From Alphaproteobacteria bacterium (GTDB lineage Bacteria > Pseudomonadota > Alphaproteobacteria > SHVV01): a stretch of 64,000 bases of DNA. The translations under genes were made by a program, and so were the position numbers. The notes beneath the pieces were generated by a model. It saw nothing but the letters and a program-made list of their open reading frames with translations. It searched no databases and was not told where the DNA came from. The DNA is taken from assembly GCA_965261735.1 (NCBI GenBank), contig OZ253470.1, positions 192,001 to 256,000 of the forward strand. The letters are read 5' to 3'. This document shows positions 20,716 to 34,054 of the stretch, piece by piece; positions within the stretch are counted from its first letter, which is position 1, and each line of letters starts with the position of its first letter.

Positions 20716-22059
20716 CTAGGGTCGGGCGCGCCCGCTGCTGCGGAGCTGCAGGCGGATTGGGGTGCCGGCGAGCACGAAGGTCTCGCGCAAGCCGTTGACG
20801 AGGTAGCGCACGTAAGACTCGGGGAGGCCCCGGATGCGGCTCGCGAACAGGACGAAGCTCGGCGGGCGCGCCGCCGCCTGGGTTAGATAGCGCAGCCGAA
20901 TGCGGTGCCCGTCGACGAGCGGCGGGGGGTGGCGCTCGGCAACCCCCGCGAGCCAGCGGTTGAGAACCGCGGTCGGAATACGGCGCGCCCAGACGTCGTA
21001 TACGTGCAGCACCGCCGGCATCAGCTCGGCCACGCCCGCGCCCGTGAGGGCCGATAAGGGAACCACCGGAACGCCACGTATCTGGGCGAGGGATTTTTCC
21101 ATCCTTCCGGTCACCGCCGCGAGGGCGCGCCGCCGATCACGCACGGCATCCCACTTGTTGAGCGCGACAACCAGTGCCCGCCCCTCCTCCACCGCCATCC
21201 TGGCGATGGAGAGGTCCTGCTTCTCCAGTGGTGCCTGGCCATCGATCATCACCACCACGACGTCGGCGAGTCGCACCGCGCGCAGGGCGCTGGCCACCGA
21301 AAGGCGTTCGAGGACACCCGTCACTTTGGCCTTGCGGCGCAGCCCGGCGGTATCGATGAGGCGAATCCGGCGCCCGCCGACCGCCCATTCGACAGGAATG
21401 GCGTCGCGGGTAATCCCCGACTCGGGCCCGGTCAGCATGCGGTCGCTGCCGAGGAGCCGGTTGACGAGGGTCGACTTGCCGACGTTGGGCCGGCCGACGA
21501 TGGCGAGCCTTAGGATGCCCTCCTCTGCGTCCTCTCCCGGCTCCGCATCGGCGACCGCCTTGAGCGCCGCATCGCGGGCGTCGAGCACGTCGTATAGGCC
21601 GTCGAGACCCTGGCCGTGCTCCGCTGAAATCGCTACCGGGTCGCCGAGACCCAACGAATAGCCCTCGAGCACGCCGGCTTCTCCGCCCCCGCCCTCGCAC
21701 TTGTTGGCGATGAGCACGACTGGAGACCTGCCTTTGCGCAGGAGATTGGCGAAGTGGCGATCGGCCGGCGTGACGCCGGCGCGGGCATCGATCAGCATCA
21801 GGGCGATGTCGGCGTGTTCGAGCGCGGCTTGGGTCTGAAGCCCCATGCGGTCACGCAGGGTGCCGGGCTCGGCCTCCTCGAGCCCCGCGGTGTCGATCAG
21901 GCGGAACTCAAGCAGGCCCAGGCTAGCATCGCCCTCGCGCCAGTCGCGGGTGACGCCGGGTTCCTTGTCGACGAGCGCCACACGCCTGCCGACAAGCCGG
22001 TTGAACAGGGTCGACTTGCCGACATTGGGGCGGCCGACGATCGCCACGGTGAGGCCCAT
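20716..22059 (-). CDS. der: ribosome biogenesis GTPase Der
   Basis: Two [13 protein letters not shown]/NKxD GTPase domains. Confidence 0.97.
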   Translation of the reverse strand: MGLTVAIVGRPNVGKSTLFNRLVGRRVALVDKEPGVTRDWREGDASLGLLEFRLIDTAGLEEAEPGTLRDRMGLQTQAALEHADIALMLIDARAGVTPADRHFANLLRKGRSPVVLIANKCEGGGGEAGVLEGYSLGLGDPVAISAEHGQGLDGLYDVLDARDAALKAVADAEPGEDAEEGILRLAIVGRPNVGKSTLVNRLLGSDRMLTGPESGITRDAIPVEWAVGGRRIRLIDTAGLRRKAKVTGVLERLSVASALRAVRLADVVVVMIDGQAPLEKQDLSIARMAVEEGRALVVALNKWDAVRDRRRALAAVTGRMEKSLAQIRGVPVVPLSALTGAGVAELMPAVLHVYDVWARRIPTAVLNRWLAGVAERHPPPLVDGHRIRLRYLTQAAARPPSFVLFASRIRGLPESYVRYLVNGLRETFVLAGTPIRLQLRSSGRARP

Positions 22060-22063
22060 CCCA

Positions 22064-23395
22064 TCACCTCAACGCGATCAAATCGGCGTCGTCGGTAAGA
22101 ATGTAGATCGTTCCAGCGGCGACGACGGGTGCCACGCGGGCGCCCTCGGGCAAGCGCAAGCGGCCCAGGATATCGCCGCTGTAGGGCGAGACCGAAAGCG
22201 CCTCCGCCGACGACGAGACGACGATGAGGCGGTCGCTCGCCAGCACGGGGCCGCTCCACAGAATCAGCCCCGTCCGGCTCGATTCGTTCTCGTAGCGCGG
22301 CAGCTGCGTGACCCAGCGGACTCGCCCGTTGCGCCGCCACAGACACACGATCTCGGCGTCCGCGGTAACGAGGTAGATGAAGTCGCCGGCGAGCCAGGGC
22401 GACTGCGTTCCGTCGATGAGCTGGTCCCACACGCGCGCGCCGTTGCGCAGATTGATGGCCACCATGCGGCCGCCATGACTGACCGCGTAGACGTGCTCGC
22501 CGGCGATGATGGGGCGGCCGCTGATGTCGCTCACGGCCGCCCTCGAGGCGAGGCGGCCGGTGCGCGTCAGCGAGTCCGACCAGGCGACGCGGCCGTTGTC
22601 GACGCGCAGCGCGAACAACTCGCCCGACGAGTAGGGCGCGACCACGATATTGCCGGCGACCGCTGGGCTGGCCGCGCCGAGGAGGCCGGCCGCCTCGATG
22701 ATTCCCTGATGAGCCCACAGAACTTCGCCATCTGCGGCGGCGAGCGCGTGAAGCTTGTTGTCGTAGCTGATGACGAAGAGGCGACCGTCGCTGTAGGTCG
22801 GCGCCGCGCGTATGGGAACGCCGAGGGGCCGGCGCCAGATCTCCGCGCCGGTCGCGGGATCGAGGGCGAACACATCACCAAAGCCGGTGGCCGCATACAC
22901 GGCGGTCTCGGCCACGGCGACGCCGCCACCGTATCCACCGTCCTCTTCGTCCGCCGGGTTGAGGCTGACCCGCCAGAGGCGCTCGCCCGTCTCGACGTCG
23001 AGGGCAACGGCATCACCTTGTGCGTCGAGCGCGAAGATCCCCAAGCCGGAGACGACGGGAGCGACCAGCAGCCGGCGATACCTGCTGGAGCCGCGCCCCA
23101 GCCTGACCCGCCAGACCTGCTGCGGCGCGGCCGCCACCGCCACATGCTGCATCGCGTGGCTCGCGCGCCCTCCGGCCTGCGGCCACTCGGGATTGATCCG
23201 GGGCCGAGGCAGCCGCACCTCGAGATCGGCGAGGCCGGGATCCGGCTCCAGTGATCGCTGTAGCGATAGGACGGAAATACGCTCGCCCGGGAGCGGCGGC
23301 CCCTCGCCCTCGCCGAGCCAACCGTCGGGCAGCAGGCCACAGCCCGCAAGCAACGCCACCACACCGACCGCCGCTGGCAGCGACCGCGCCGCCAT
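22064..23395 (-). CDS. bamB: PQQ-type beta-propeller lipoprotein (BamB-like)
   Basis: Lipobox LAGC, repeated A.D..TG...W motifs; yfgM-bamB-der order. Confidence 0.85.
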   Translation of the reverse strand: MAARSLPAAVGVVALLAGCGLLPDGWLGEGEGPPLPGERISVLSLQRSLEPDPGLADLEVRLPRPRINPEWPQAGGRASHAMQHVAVAAAPQQVWRVRLGRGSSRYRRLLVAPVVSGLGIFALDAQGDAVALDVETGERLWRVSLNPADEEDGGYGGGVAVAETAVYAATGFGDVFALDPATGAEIWRRPLGVPIRAAPTYSDGRLFVISYDNKLHALAAADGEVLWAHQGIIEAAGLLGAASPAVAGNIVVAPYSSGELFALRVDNGRVAWSDSLTRTGRLASRAAVSDISGRPIIAGEHVYAVSHGGRMVAINLRNGARVWDQLIDGTQSPWLAGDFIYLVTADAEIVCLWRRNGRVRWVTQLPRYENESSRTGLILWSGPVLASDRLIVVSSSAEALSVSPYSGDILGRLRLPEGARVAPVVAAGTIYILTDDADLIALR

Positions 23396-23399
23396 CGTC

Positions 23400-24050
23400 C
23401 TACTCCGCAGCGCGGAGGGCGGCCAGGAGTTCCGCCGCACGGGCGCGGATACCGGGCGGCGCCTCGGGGTCGTCGACGAGCCCCTCGTAGCCGCGGCGCG
23501 CCTCCTCGGTACTACCCGTGCGCAGGTCCAGCAGGGCCCTGAGCTCGCGCGCCGAGAAGCGCCACGGGCTTTCTGCATCCATCAAGGGCTCAAGGCGGGT
23601 GATGAGCTCGTCGCGGTCGCCCGAGTCGACGAGATGTTGGGCGGCGAGCAACCGGGCGAGGCCGCGCAGCCTCGCGTCGACGCCGGTGTCCGCGGCGACG
23701 CGGTCGTAAAGCGCGATGGCTCCCTCGCGATCACCGGCACGCGCCTGGGCCGAGGCCTGCTCGAGGCGGGCCAGGACCGCGTAGCCCGCGCCCGCTGAAT
23801 CGGCCAGGCCGGCGAACGCGGTCGCCGCCTGTTCGCTGGCGCCGCCCCGGCTCAGATTCAGGGCTGCCGAGAAGGCCGTACTGTCGGCCTCGCGCTGCGA
23901 GCGAGAAAAGTCCCGCCACCAGACCCCCGACGCCGTCGCCACGACGATGGCGACCGCGACGGCCACGAAATACCGGCCATACGCCTGCCAAAGCTTGGCG
24001 TAGCGTTCTCGGCGAACGTCCTCTTCGACTTCCTTGAAAATGTCGGACAC
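23400..24050 (-). CDS. YfgM-like TPR membrane protein
   Basis: MSDIFKEVEEDVRRE..LW..YG, TM helix, helical repeats. Confidence 0.88.
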   Translation of the reverse strand: MSDIFKEVEEDVRRERYAKLWQAYGRYFVAVAVAIVVATASGVWWRDFSRSQREADSTAFSAALNLSRGGASEQAATAFAGLADSAGAGYAVLARLEQASAQARAGDREGAIALYDRVAADTGVDARLRGLARLLAAQHLVDSGDRDELITRLEPLMDAESPWRFSARELRALLDLRTGSTEEARRGYEGLVDDPEAPPGIRARAAELLAALRAAE

Positions 24051-24136
24051 AGGAAACTCCGTAGCGTGGGCTCTCCGGGTAAACCCCTCGGGAACCCCGT
24101 TCGCCGGGGCGCCGCCAGGAAATCCCGGTGCCTACC

Positions 24137-24691
24137 TCACGCCTCTTTCCACTTGATGGAACAGCCGATGCTCGGCACCTGCTCCGCGGGGCCTTGGCCG
24201 GTCCTGGCTACCAGGAGCATCGCTTCGAACAGCTCGCGCCTGGCGTTGGCGACGGGCTTGACGCCGGAGGCGTCGAGGCGACCGCGATATTCCAGCTCGA
24301 GATCGGCGTTGAAGCCGTAGAAATCGGGCGTGCATACCGCCTCGTAGGCGCGCGCGAGGTTTTGGCTGCGGTCGATCACATAGGGGAACGTGAAGCCCTT
24401 CTCCTGTGCCACCCGCCGCATGTTGTCGAACGAGTCCTCGGCGTGGGCCTGCGGATCGTTGGGCATGATCGCGATCGCGCCAACACCCTTGGTCTTCAAC
24501 TCGGTCACGTCGCGGACGACGCGGTCGATAATGGCCTTGACGTAGGGACAGTGATTGCAAATGAACATGACCAGCGTGCCTTTTTCACCACGCACGTCAG
24601 CCAGGCTATAGCGCTTGCCATCCACCCCCTCGAGGTCGAAATCGACGGCCTCCCACCCGATCTCGCAAATGGGCGTTGTCGTCGCAACCAT
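24137..24691 (-). CDS. thioredoxin family (AhpC/TSA-like) protein
   Basis: FICNHCPYV, CTPDFY, YRGRLD, SIGCSIKW. Confidence 0.92.
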   Translation of the reverse strand: MVATTTPICEIGWEAVDFDLEGVDGKRYSLADVRGEKGTLVMFICNHCPYVKAIIDRVVRDVTELKTKGVGAIAIMPNDPQAHAEDSFDNMRRVAQEKGFTFPYVIDRSQNLARAYEAVCTPDFYGFNADLELEYRGRLDASGVKPVANARRELFEAMLLVARTGQGPAEQVPSIGCSIKWKEA

Positions 24692-25507
24692 GGCACACCT
24701 CCAGGCTCATGCGACCGCGAGGCGTACCTCACGATCACCGTCGCGCCGGTTTTAGCATGAAGGGCGGGCGCAGGCACAACGCCAATTGAGCGTAGCGACG
24801 CGGCGTGCCCGCGCTCGGCGCGGCGCGCTAGGCGATGACTCTATCTGCAGGAAAGCGCATGGCGACGGTCGTTCCCGAGCCCGGAACGCTGGCCAGCGTA
24901 AGGACACCGCCGTGCAACTCGACGAGTGCCTGGACCATCGGCAGGCCCAGGCCCGTACCGCGCGAGCGCCGAGTGAGGCTGCTTTGCACCTGTCCGAACG
25001 GCGCCATTGCCGTCGGGATGTCGTCGGCAGCCATGCCCACGCCCGTGTCGCGCACGGAGATCACGAGCTCGCCACCGGGTTCCATGCCCGCCTCAACATC
25101 GACGCTGCCGCCATCGGGGGTGAACTCGATCGCGTTGGAAACAAGATTGATCAACGCCTGCTTGAGCTTTCGGGCATCGCCGCGGAGCGCGACGAGGTCA
25201 TCGGGGCAGATCGATTCGAGAGCAACGCCGGCGTCCTCCGCACGGCCCCCCATCATGCGCAGGCAGGAGGCGATGCTCTGGCAGACATCGACCGGCGCCT
25301 CGTCGAGCTCGAGCATGCCGGCGTCGGCTTTCGACATGTCGAGGATGTCGTTGATGATGCTCAGGAGGTGCGCACCACTGTCCTCGATAGTCTTGGCATA
25401 ATCGAGATATTTGGGGTGGCCGAGCGGCCCATAGAGCTGGGCCGACAATACCTCGGCGAAGCCGATGACGGCATTGAGCGGCGTACGCGCCTCGTGGCTG
25501 ATATGCG

Positions 25508-26590
25508 CTAGTGGATTGATTCCAACGTTTGGAACCCTCTGTTTCGTGCGGCGATGATATGATCGGGGTCGGCTTTCCAGATGAAGGGTTTTGGGTTTGC
25601 GTCATTGTATTCGCGGACAAATCGGTTGATGGCGTCCTGAAGGTCGACGACGGATTGGAAGACGCCGTATTTGAGCCTGCGCCGCGTTAGTTTGGCGAAG
25701 AAGCCCTCGACGGCATTGAGCCACGAGCACGAGGTTGGCGTGAAGTGGAAGGTCCAGCGTGGATGGCGGGCGAGCCAGGCGCGGACCTTGTCCTTCTTGT
25801 GCGCGGCGTAGTTGTCGAGGATGACGTGGACGGCCTTGTCCGTCGGCACCTCGCGCTCGATGCGGTTGAGGAAGCGGATGAACTCCTGATGGCGGTGGCG
25901 CTGCATGTTCTGTGCGATGACCGTACCGTCCAGCACGTTGAGCGCGGCGAACAGCGTCGTCGTGCCATGCCGTTTGTAATCATAGGTCATCGTACCGGCG
26001 CGGCCCTTCTTCATCGGCAAGCCGGGTTGGGTGCGGTCGAGCGCCTGGATCTGTGATTTCTCATCAACCGACAGCACCACGGCATGGGCCGGCGGATCGA
26101 CATACAAGCCGACGATATCTGTGAGCTTCTCGGCGAAGGCGGGATCATTGGAGAGCTTGAAGTGCCGCCAGCGGTGCGGGCTGAGGCCATGGGCCTTCCA
26201 GATCGCTTGGACCGTCGACGCCGCGACGCCAGCAACCTTCGCCATCGCGCGCAGCGTCCAGTGGGTCGCCTCGTGCGGCGGCGCTTGCTGGGTCAGGCGG
26301 ACGATCTCGGCGACGCGCTCCGGCGGGATCGGCGCTTTGCCAGGCGGACGGGACCTGTCGCGAAGCAAGCCGTTGACACCCTCGTGCATGAACCGCTCCT
26401 GCCAGCGCCAGACACAGGTCTTGGACTTGCCGGTCTCGGCCATGATCGACGAGTTCCCGAGCCCCTCGTCGCTCTTCAGGATGATCCGCGCCCGCCAGAC
26501 ATGTTTCTGCGAGCTCTTCGGGTCCGCGACGATAGCTTGCAATCGCTGACGGTCGCCAGACGTGACAGTAAAATGGATGCCGGTGCGCAT
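25508..26590 (-). CDS. IS630 transposase (intact)
   Basis: VDEKSQIQAL, YKRHGTTTLFAAL, ILDNYAAH, SWLNAVE; stop TAG formed with the target TA. Confidence 0.95.
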   Translation of the reverse strand: MRTGIHFTVTSGDRQRLQAIVADPKSSQKHVWRARIILKSDEGLGNSSIMAETGKSKTCVWRWQERFMHEGVNGLLRDRSRPPGKAPIPPERVAEIVRLTQQAPPHEATHWTLRAMAKVAGVAASTVQAIWKAHGLSPHRWRHFKLSNDPAFAEKLTDIVGLYVDPPAHAVVLSVDEKSQIQALDRTQPGLPMKKGRAGTMTYDYKRHGTTTLFAALNVLDGTVIAQNMQRHRHQEFIRFLNRIEREVPTDKAVHVILDNYAAHKKDKVRAWLARHPRWTFHFTPTSCSWLNAVEGFFAKLTRRRLKYGVFQSVVDLQDAINRFVREYNDANPKPFIWKADPDHIIAARNRGFQTLESIH

Positions 26591-26661
26591 AGCACAGACT
26601 CGCATGACACCGCACAATACGGAATCTCAAATCGGACTCTTTCGTTCCGATCAATCCACTA
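25509..26661 (-). mobile_element. IS630-family insertion sequence
   Basis: IRs TAGTGGATTGATtccAACG / TAGTGGATTGATcggAACG; TA duplication within CTAG. Confidence 0.93.
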
Positions 26662-27147
26662 GGTAGCGTGTCATCGAGTGAACCGGCTCGATGGCGGCTT
26701 CGGGCGCGCCGCGGCTCGAAGCGGACGGTGCATCGTCCTCACGCGCCGTCGCCACAACCTGGGCGATCTCGCCCGTACCGTTGGCGATCGCCGCGAGGTG
26801 CCAGTGCAACGGCTTCGTCTCGCGTGACGACATCTCACGCGCGCCGTCGATGCTGCGCGGTCCGTGCCCCGCGAGAACGGCCTCGACGGCGGCACGCGCT
26901 CCTCCGGCCACGGCTGGCGCCAGTTCCCAAAACGGGCGGCCGCGGATGTCGTCGAGCGAGCGGCCACATGCTTGGCCGCCGGCCGCGTTCCCCCAAGAAA
27001 CCCGCCCACGCCCGTCGAGAAGAACGACCGGAACGGGCAGCGCATCAAGGACGGCGGCGAGTTGTGGATCGACCTCGGACAAAGATACCCTCACTACCCC
27101 CGGCGGGTTGCCCTTTTCAACAAATGGGAGGCACAGGGAAAATGTAC

Positions 27148-28253
27148 CTTGCCTATCCGGTTTACACCCACACCCACTAGGGCTAGAATAGGCGCAAACC
27201 GGATATAGGGGAGCGCGCCATGGATGTTCTCGACCGCGCCGATCTCCCATTCCCGCATTCGCTACCCGAGTTCCAGCGACTTTTCCCCGATGATGCGGCC
27301 TGCGCCGCCTACCTGGAGAAAGCCCGCTGGGGAGACGGCTTTGCCTGCCCGCACTGCGGCACGGCGGGAGAGCCGTTCCACTTTGAAAACCGCCCTGGCG
27401 TCCTGCGCTGCCGCAAGTGCCGCCAAGAACACCGGGCTGACGGTGGGAACAGTGATGGAGCGTAGCCACACTCCGCTGAACGTCTGGTTCTGGGCCGCTT
27501 ATCTGGTCGCAAGTCAGACGCCCGGCATGTCCGCCGTGCAGTTTCAGCGGCAACTTGGTCTTTCGCGCTACGAGACGGCCTTTCAAATTCTCCACAAGCT
27601 CCGCTCGGGCATGGTGCGGCCCAACCAAGACAGGATCGGTGGACAGCCCAAGAACCATGTTGAGGTGGACGAAACCTGGGTTGGCGGGCGAACGCGTGGG
27701 GAAGGCCGTGGTGTTCACCACAAGGTCCCCGTCTCCTGTGCCATCGAGGTGCGTCATCGAAAGCCGGGCACCAAGCTCGACAACCGGAAAGACGGACGCT
27801 ATGCCGGACGCGTTCGGCTCGCCGTCGTGCTCGACCGTAGCGCCGAGTCGCTCTGTGGGTTCGTCGAGAGCACCGTCGCGCCGCGATCGCTGATCGTTAC
27901 TGACGATTGGAGCGGCTATGCTGGCCTCGGTAAGCGCGGCTATGAGCACTTCGCTGTTGCCGAGTGTGGTGATCCAGAGGTTGCCGAGCAATACCTGCCG
28001 ATCATCCATCTGGTTTTCGCCAACCTGAAGACGTGGCTGATCGGTATCCACCACGGCGTTAGCCACCAGCACCTACAAGCCTACCTCAACGAGTTCACCT
28101 TCCGCTTCAACAGGCGGTTCTACCCGTTCAACGCCTTCCGCTCATTGCTCGGCATCGCGGGCGACACCTCTGCTCCAACCTATGCCGAGCTTTACTCGGG
28201 AGAGTGGCGGCACCCTACATGTAGCGGTCATGGGCGTTAACCGGATAGGCAAG
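27148..28253 (+). mobile_element. IS1595-family insertion sequence
   Basis: IRs CTTGCCTATCCGGTTtACaCCCA / CTTGCCTATCCGGTTaACgCCCA; 8-bp direct repeat AAATGTAC at 27140-27147 and 28254-28261. Confidence 0.93.
27220..28240 (+). pseudogene. IS1595 transposase, one frameshift near 27424
   Basis: CPHCG..CRKC zinc ribbon in one frame; VEVDETWVGG, VTDDWSGY, YLNEFTFRFNRR in the next frame. Confidence 0.88.
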
Positions 28254-28283
28254 AAATGTACAGGCCGAATACTGTGTGTTTCC

Positions 28284-29831
28284 TTACTCCCATTCTATCG
28301 TGCCGGGCGGCTTGGAGGTAACGTCATAGACCACCCGGTTGACGCCCCTCACCTCATTGACGATACGGCTCGCCACGCGCCCCAAGAAATCCGCCGAAAA
28401 TGGATAGAAATCAACCGTCATGCCATCGACCGAGGTAACGGCGCGCAACGCCAGGACGTTTTCATACGAGCGCTCGTCACCCATGACGCCGACCGCGCGG
28501 ACGGGCAACAACACGGCAAATGCCTGCCAAATCGCGTCATACAATCCCGCTGACCTGATCTCTTCGATGTAAATCGCGTCGGCCGCCCTCAGGATGGCGA
28601 CCTTCGCGGCCGTGACGGCTCCCGGGATGCGAATCGCCAAGCCCGGGCCGGGAAACGGATGGCGCCCAATGACGGCATCCGGTAGCCCCAGTTCATGGCC
28701 GAGCCGGCGCACCTCGTCCTTGAACAGTTCGCGCAGCGGCTCCACCAGGGCGAGGCGCATACGCTCGGGAAGGCCGCCAACGTTGTGGTGCGACTTGATC
28801 GTGGCACTGGGCCCGCCGGTGAAGGACACCGACTCGATCACGTCGGGGTAGAGGGTGCCCTGTGCGAGGAAGTCGGCGCCGCCGATCTTGGCCGCCTCCT
28901 CCTCGAAAATGTCGATGAACGCCGCACCAATGGTGCGGCGCTTGTCCTCCGGATCGATCACGTCCTTGAGGCGGTCGAGGAAGATCGACGACGCGTCGCG
29001 ATGGACGAGCACCATGTTGTGGCGCTCGCGAAACAGGGAGGTGACCTCATCGGCCTCGCCGGTGCGCAGCAGGCCAGTATCGACAAAGACACACGTGAGC
29101 TGGTCGCCGATCGCCTCATGGAGCAGTGCCGCGGCAACCGTCGAATCGACGCCGCCCGAGAGGCCGCACAGCACGCGCCCGGTGCCGACCTGTTCGCGCA
29201 CCCGCGCCACCGCTGCGGCACGGAATCCAGCCATGGACCAGTCGCCACGGCAGCCCGCGACATGATGGGTGAAGTTGCGCAAGAGCGCCGCGCCATCCGG
29301 CGTGTGCACGACCTCGGGGTGGAACTGGACCCCGTAGAAGCGCTTCTCCTCGTCGGCGATAGCGGCGAAAGGCGCACCCTCGCTCACGGCGACGGTGCGG
29401 AAGCCGTCGGGCAAGCGCACGACCCGGTCGCCATGGCTCATCCACACCTGGTGGCGCTGGCCCGGCCTCCAGACGCCGTCGAAAAGCGCGCACGGCTCCT
29501 GGACATCGAGGAACGCACGACCGAATTCGCGATGTTCGGCGCGCTCGACCTCGCCGCCGAGCTGCGCGCACATGGACTGTTGGCCGTAGCAGATCCCGAG
29601 CACCGGCACGCCAAGGTCGAAGACGCGAGAGGGGGCCTGCGGCGGCGCCTCGTCGGCGACGGAGGCCGGGCCGCCGGAGAGTATGACGGCGCGCGGCGCG
29701 CCATCGTCGAGTGACGCTTCCGCGCGGGTGCAGGGAACGATCTCACAATAGACGCCGCTCTCGCGCACGCGGCGCGCGATGAGCTGGGTCACCTGCGATC
29801 CGAAATCGACAATCAGGACGCGGTCGCTCAT
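28284..29831 (-). CDS. guaA: GMP synthase
   Basis: [33 protein letters not shown]. Confidence 0.98.
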   Translation of the reverse strand: MSDRVLIVDFGSQVTQLIARRVRESGVYCEIVPCTRAEASLDDGAPRAVILSGGPASVADEAPPQAPSRVFDLGVPVLGICYGQQSMCAQLGGEVERAEHREFGRAFLDVQEPCALFDGVWRPGQRHQVWMSHGDRVVRLPDGFRTVAVSEGAPFAAIADEEKRFYGVQFHPEVVHTPDGAALLRNFTHHVAGCRGDWSMAGFRAAAVARVREQVGTGRVLCGLSGGVDSTVAAALLHEAIGDQLTCVFVDTGLLRTGEADEVTSLFRERHNMVLVHRDASSIFLDRLKDVIDPEDKRRTIGAAFIDIFEEEAAKIGGADFLAQGTLYPDVIESVSFTGGPSATIKSHHNVGGLPERMRLALVEPLRELFKDEVRRLGHELGLPDAVIGRHPFPGPGLAIRIPGAVTAAKVAILRAADAIYIEEIRSAGLYDAIWQAFAVLLPVRAVGVMGDERSYENVLALRAVTSVDGMTVDFYPFSADFLGRVASRIVNEVRGVNRVVYDVTSKPPGTIEWE

Positions 29832-29927
29832 GTGCGAACGTAGCCGCCGCGGGCGGCAGGGGTCCAGCGCCGCGTGCCGCGGTTCGGGGTCAGCGCCCTC
29901 ACCGCGGGGGATCGGCCGCGGCGGAGG

Positions 29928-30446
29928 TCAGTAGCCCGTGTTGTGGGTCTTTTTGTATGCGGATATGGCCTTGTTCAGCTCGCGATACGCATCGCAATCG
30001 TAAGCGCAGATCTGGCCGAGCTTCTTCAGATGGCTTCGCGCCATTTTTAGGTCGTCGGTCTCGAGATAGGCCTCCCCGAGGTACTCATGCGCACCCTGAT
30101 GGTCGGGATTGAGCTCGAGGGCCAGGGCGTAGTGCTTGAACGCTTTGTCGAAATCGCCGGCTTTGCGAAAGCTGAATCCGAGCCAGTTCTGAGCGTCGGC
30201 GTTGGTGCCGTCGTTGGACAACACTTGTTGTAGCAAGCCCACCGCGCGCGACCAGTTCTCGGCCTCGACCGCTTTCATCGCCGCCGCGTAGTTCGGATCC
30301 TCGCTGCGCGCTTTGGCCGCCGACTTGGTCGACGACGCGCTCGACCCACTGTCACTCCTGCCGACCGCGATCGCCGCCCCCGGCATCAAAACGAGTGCGA
30401 GCGCCGCCACCAACAGCGGGCCCAGGAAGATGCTTCTTGGTGTCAT
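29928..30446 (-). CDS. exported TPR protein
   Basis: Signal peptide then TPR helices (ADAQNWLGF..AHEYLGEAY). Confidence 0.85.
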   Translation of the reverse strand: MTPRSIFLGPLLVAALALVLMPGAAIAVGRSDSGSSASSTKSAAKARSEDPNYAAAMKAVEAENWSRAVGLLQQVLSNDGTNADAQNWLGFSFRKAGDFDKAFKHYALALELNPDHQGAHEYLGEAYLETDDLKMARSHLKKLGQICAYDCDAYRELNKAISAYKKTHNTGY

Positions 30447-30600
30447 GCCATGTCCCCGTCGTGCAAACCTAAAGAACTTTGTCGCTATCATAACGCTCGT
30501 GGTGTGTTGATTCTTCCATTATGGAGGTCACTTTTTCACACGCTTTCGCGATCTCCTTCGCCGGCCCGCCCTGTATCCGCCCGGCCGCCACGAAGCCGGC

Positions 30601-32064
<1,464 letters not shown>

Positions 32065-32169
32065 GGCGTCTCCCTGTTTTGCGGGCCGGCACTATGCCAC
32101 GCCGAAGCACCGAATGGTAGCGACAACTAAAGGCTCGCAGGGCGCCGAATCGGCGCATGGCGAGCCCGC

Positions 32170-32877
32170 TCAGGCGCCCTCGCCCGCCGCCTCGGGTCGA
32201 AAGGAGAGGGCGACGAGGTAGGTCTCGGCCGACCCCGAGCGGCTCGCCTTGGGCTTGACGTGCCTGACCGATCGAAAGCGCCGCTTAAGCCGGGCCAGCA
32301 GTTGCTGCTCCGTGCCGCCCTGCAACACTTTGGCGACAAAGGCGCCGCCGGGCCGCAGTAAGGCCTGCGCGATTTCTAGAGCCGTCTCGCAGGCCGCCAT
32401 GACGCGAATGTGGTCGGTCCCCGAGTGGCCCGTGGCGGGGCCCGCCATATCGCTCAGCACCACGTCCGCGGGACCGCCCAGCGCCGCCCTCAGGCGCGCC
32501 GCGGCTCCAGGCGCGCCAACGTCCAGCTTGACCACATCCACCCCCGGAAGCGGCGCCATCTCGCTCACATCGACCGCGACCACCGTGCCACGCGGGCCGC
32601 GCCCGCGGGTGACGCGCTCGAGCGCGACCTGGGTCCAGCCGCCCGGCGCCGCACCGAGGTCGACGACCCGCCGACCCGGCTGGAGGAGGCCAAAACGGTC
32701 GTCGATCTCGCGTAGCTTGTAGGCGGCGCGGGAGCGGTATCCGGCCTTACGGGCGGCCGCCACGTAGGGGTCATTGAGCTGGCGCTGGAGCCAGCGGGTC
32801 GAAGAGACGGAGCGGCGGCGCCCCGGTTTGACACGCTCGCGCGTGCGCGCTCCGTCACCGGCGGCCGAGCCAGCCAC
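32170..32877 (-). CDS. rlmE: 23S rRNA 2'-O-methyltransferase RlmE
   Basis: GYRSRAAYKL, DLGAAPGGW, LSDMA, KPKASR; start GTG 32877 estimated. Confidence 0.93.
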   Translation of the reverse strand: MAGSAAGDGARTRERVKPGRRRSVSSTRWLQRQLNDPYVAAARKAGYRSRAAYKLREIDDRFGLLQPGRRVVDLGAAPGGWTQVALERVTRGRGPRGTVVAVDVSEMAPLPGVDVVKLDVGAPGAAARLRAALGGPADVVLSDMAGPATGHSGTDHIRVMAACETALEIAQALLRPGGAFVAKVLQGGTEQQLLARLKRRFRSVRHVKPKASRSGSAETYLVALSFRPEAAGEGA

Positions 32878-32879
32878 GA

Positions 32880-33941
32880 CTAGGGGTGCTCGCCCGAATG
32901 CGCGGCGGCCTCGAGGTCGGCCTCTCCCATGAGCGCAAGCAGCATGCCCTCGCGCAGGCCACGATCGGCGACCCGCAGCCGCTTGGCCGGCCAGGTCCGG
33001 GTAATGGCCTCGAGGATGGCGCACCCGGCGATCACGAGATCCGCGCGGCCGCGGCGGATGCAGGGATGGCGCGCGCGAGCTTCGTAGTCCATGGTCGCGA
33101 GCTGCCCGGTGGCGCGTGCGATATCTTCGATCATGAGCCAGCTGCCGTCGACCCGGCGCCGGTCGTACCTCGGCATCCCCAAGTGGACGGCGGCGAGCGT
33201 GGTGACGGTGCCGGACGTACCCAGCATTTGCGACGTTCCGGCCCTAATCCGCGGGGCCAGACGGTGCTCGTTCTCGAACGGCCGCAGCAGGTCCTCGACC
33301 TCGGTCACCATGGCATCGTAAACCTCGGGCGAGACGTCCCGGCCGCCGTAGCGCTCGGCGAAGGTGACGACGCCGCACGGCAGCGAGATGAGCGCCCGTA
33401 TCTCGGGCTGCTGACCGGGTGCGAGCCCAAGCCAGATAATCTCGGTGCTGCCGCCGCCGATGTCGAACAACAGCGCGTTCGGGCGCGACACGTCGAGCAG
33501 GGGGGCGCAACCCGCGAGCGCCAACAGAATCTCCTCGCGCGGCGTAATGATGTCGAGCGAGATGCCGGTTTCGGCCGCCGCCCGATCCACGAATTCGATG
33601 CAGTTCGAGGCCCGCCGGCAGGCTTCGGTGGCGACGCCCCTCAGACGCGTAACGCCGCGTCGCTCGATCTTGTTGGCACAAACCCGGAGCGCGGCGATGG
33701 TGCGCGCCATCGCCCCTTTGGAGAGAACGCCGCTTTCGCCAACCCCCTCGCCGAGGCGGACGATGCGCGAGAACGCGTCGATGACCTCGAAGCCGTCGGC
33801 CTTGGGTCGGGCCACGAGCAGGCGGCAATTGTTGGTACCGAGGTCGAGAGCCGCGAACACGTGGTCATGACGGCCGCGCGCCCCGCCGGATCGTCCCGGC
33901 GCTTCGTTCTGCGGTGCGGCGGGCGCTTGAAACGGCACCAC
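32880..33941 (-). CDS. ppx: Ppx/GppA phosphatase
   Basis: DLGTNNCRL, ATEACR, DIGGGSTE, GLREG. Confidence 0.93.
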   Translation of the reverse strand: MVPFQAPAAPQNEAPGRSGGARGRHDHVFAALDLGTNNCRLLVARPKADGFEVIDAFSRIVRLGEGVGESGVLSKGAMARTIAALRVCANKIERRGVTRLRGVATEACRRASNCIEFVDRAAAETGISLDIITPREEILLALAGCAPLLDVSRPNALLFDIGGGSTEIIWLGLAPGQQPEIRALISLPCGVVTFAERYGGRDVSPEVYDAMVTEVEDLLRPFENEHRLAPRIRAGTSQMLGTSGTVTTLAAVHLGMPRYDRRRVDGSWLMIEDIARATGQLATMDYEARARHPCIRRGRADLVIAGCAILEAITRTWPAKRLRVADRGLREGMLLALMGEADLEAAAHSGEHP

Positions 33942-34054
33942 GGGACTCCCTGGCTTGAGTTAGCTTGGCGTACGCAGGGTCACGAGCCACGTCGCCCAAG
34001 TGTACCCATCTTTTGCGCAGGGTGCGACCCGTGGTGCGGGTTCCTGGCACGAAA

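Larger units (their letters stand above)
24828..27082 (-). pseudogene. PAS-HisKA-HATPase sensor kinase (PleC/DivJ-like) interrupted by IS630
   Basis: Removing IS630 restores MTRYLAHISHEARTPLNAVIGFAE in frame; PAS N-terminus (LDALPVPVVLLDGRGRVSWGNAA); NLVSNA, DTGVGM, GTGLGL boxes. Confidence 0.88.

Noticed and set aside
26651-28072. 473-aa ORF as one protein
   Set aside because: Antisense of the IS1595 transposase fused to the kinase PAS fragment
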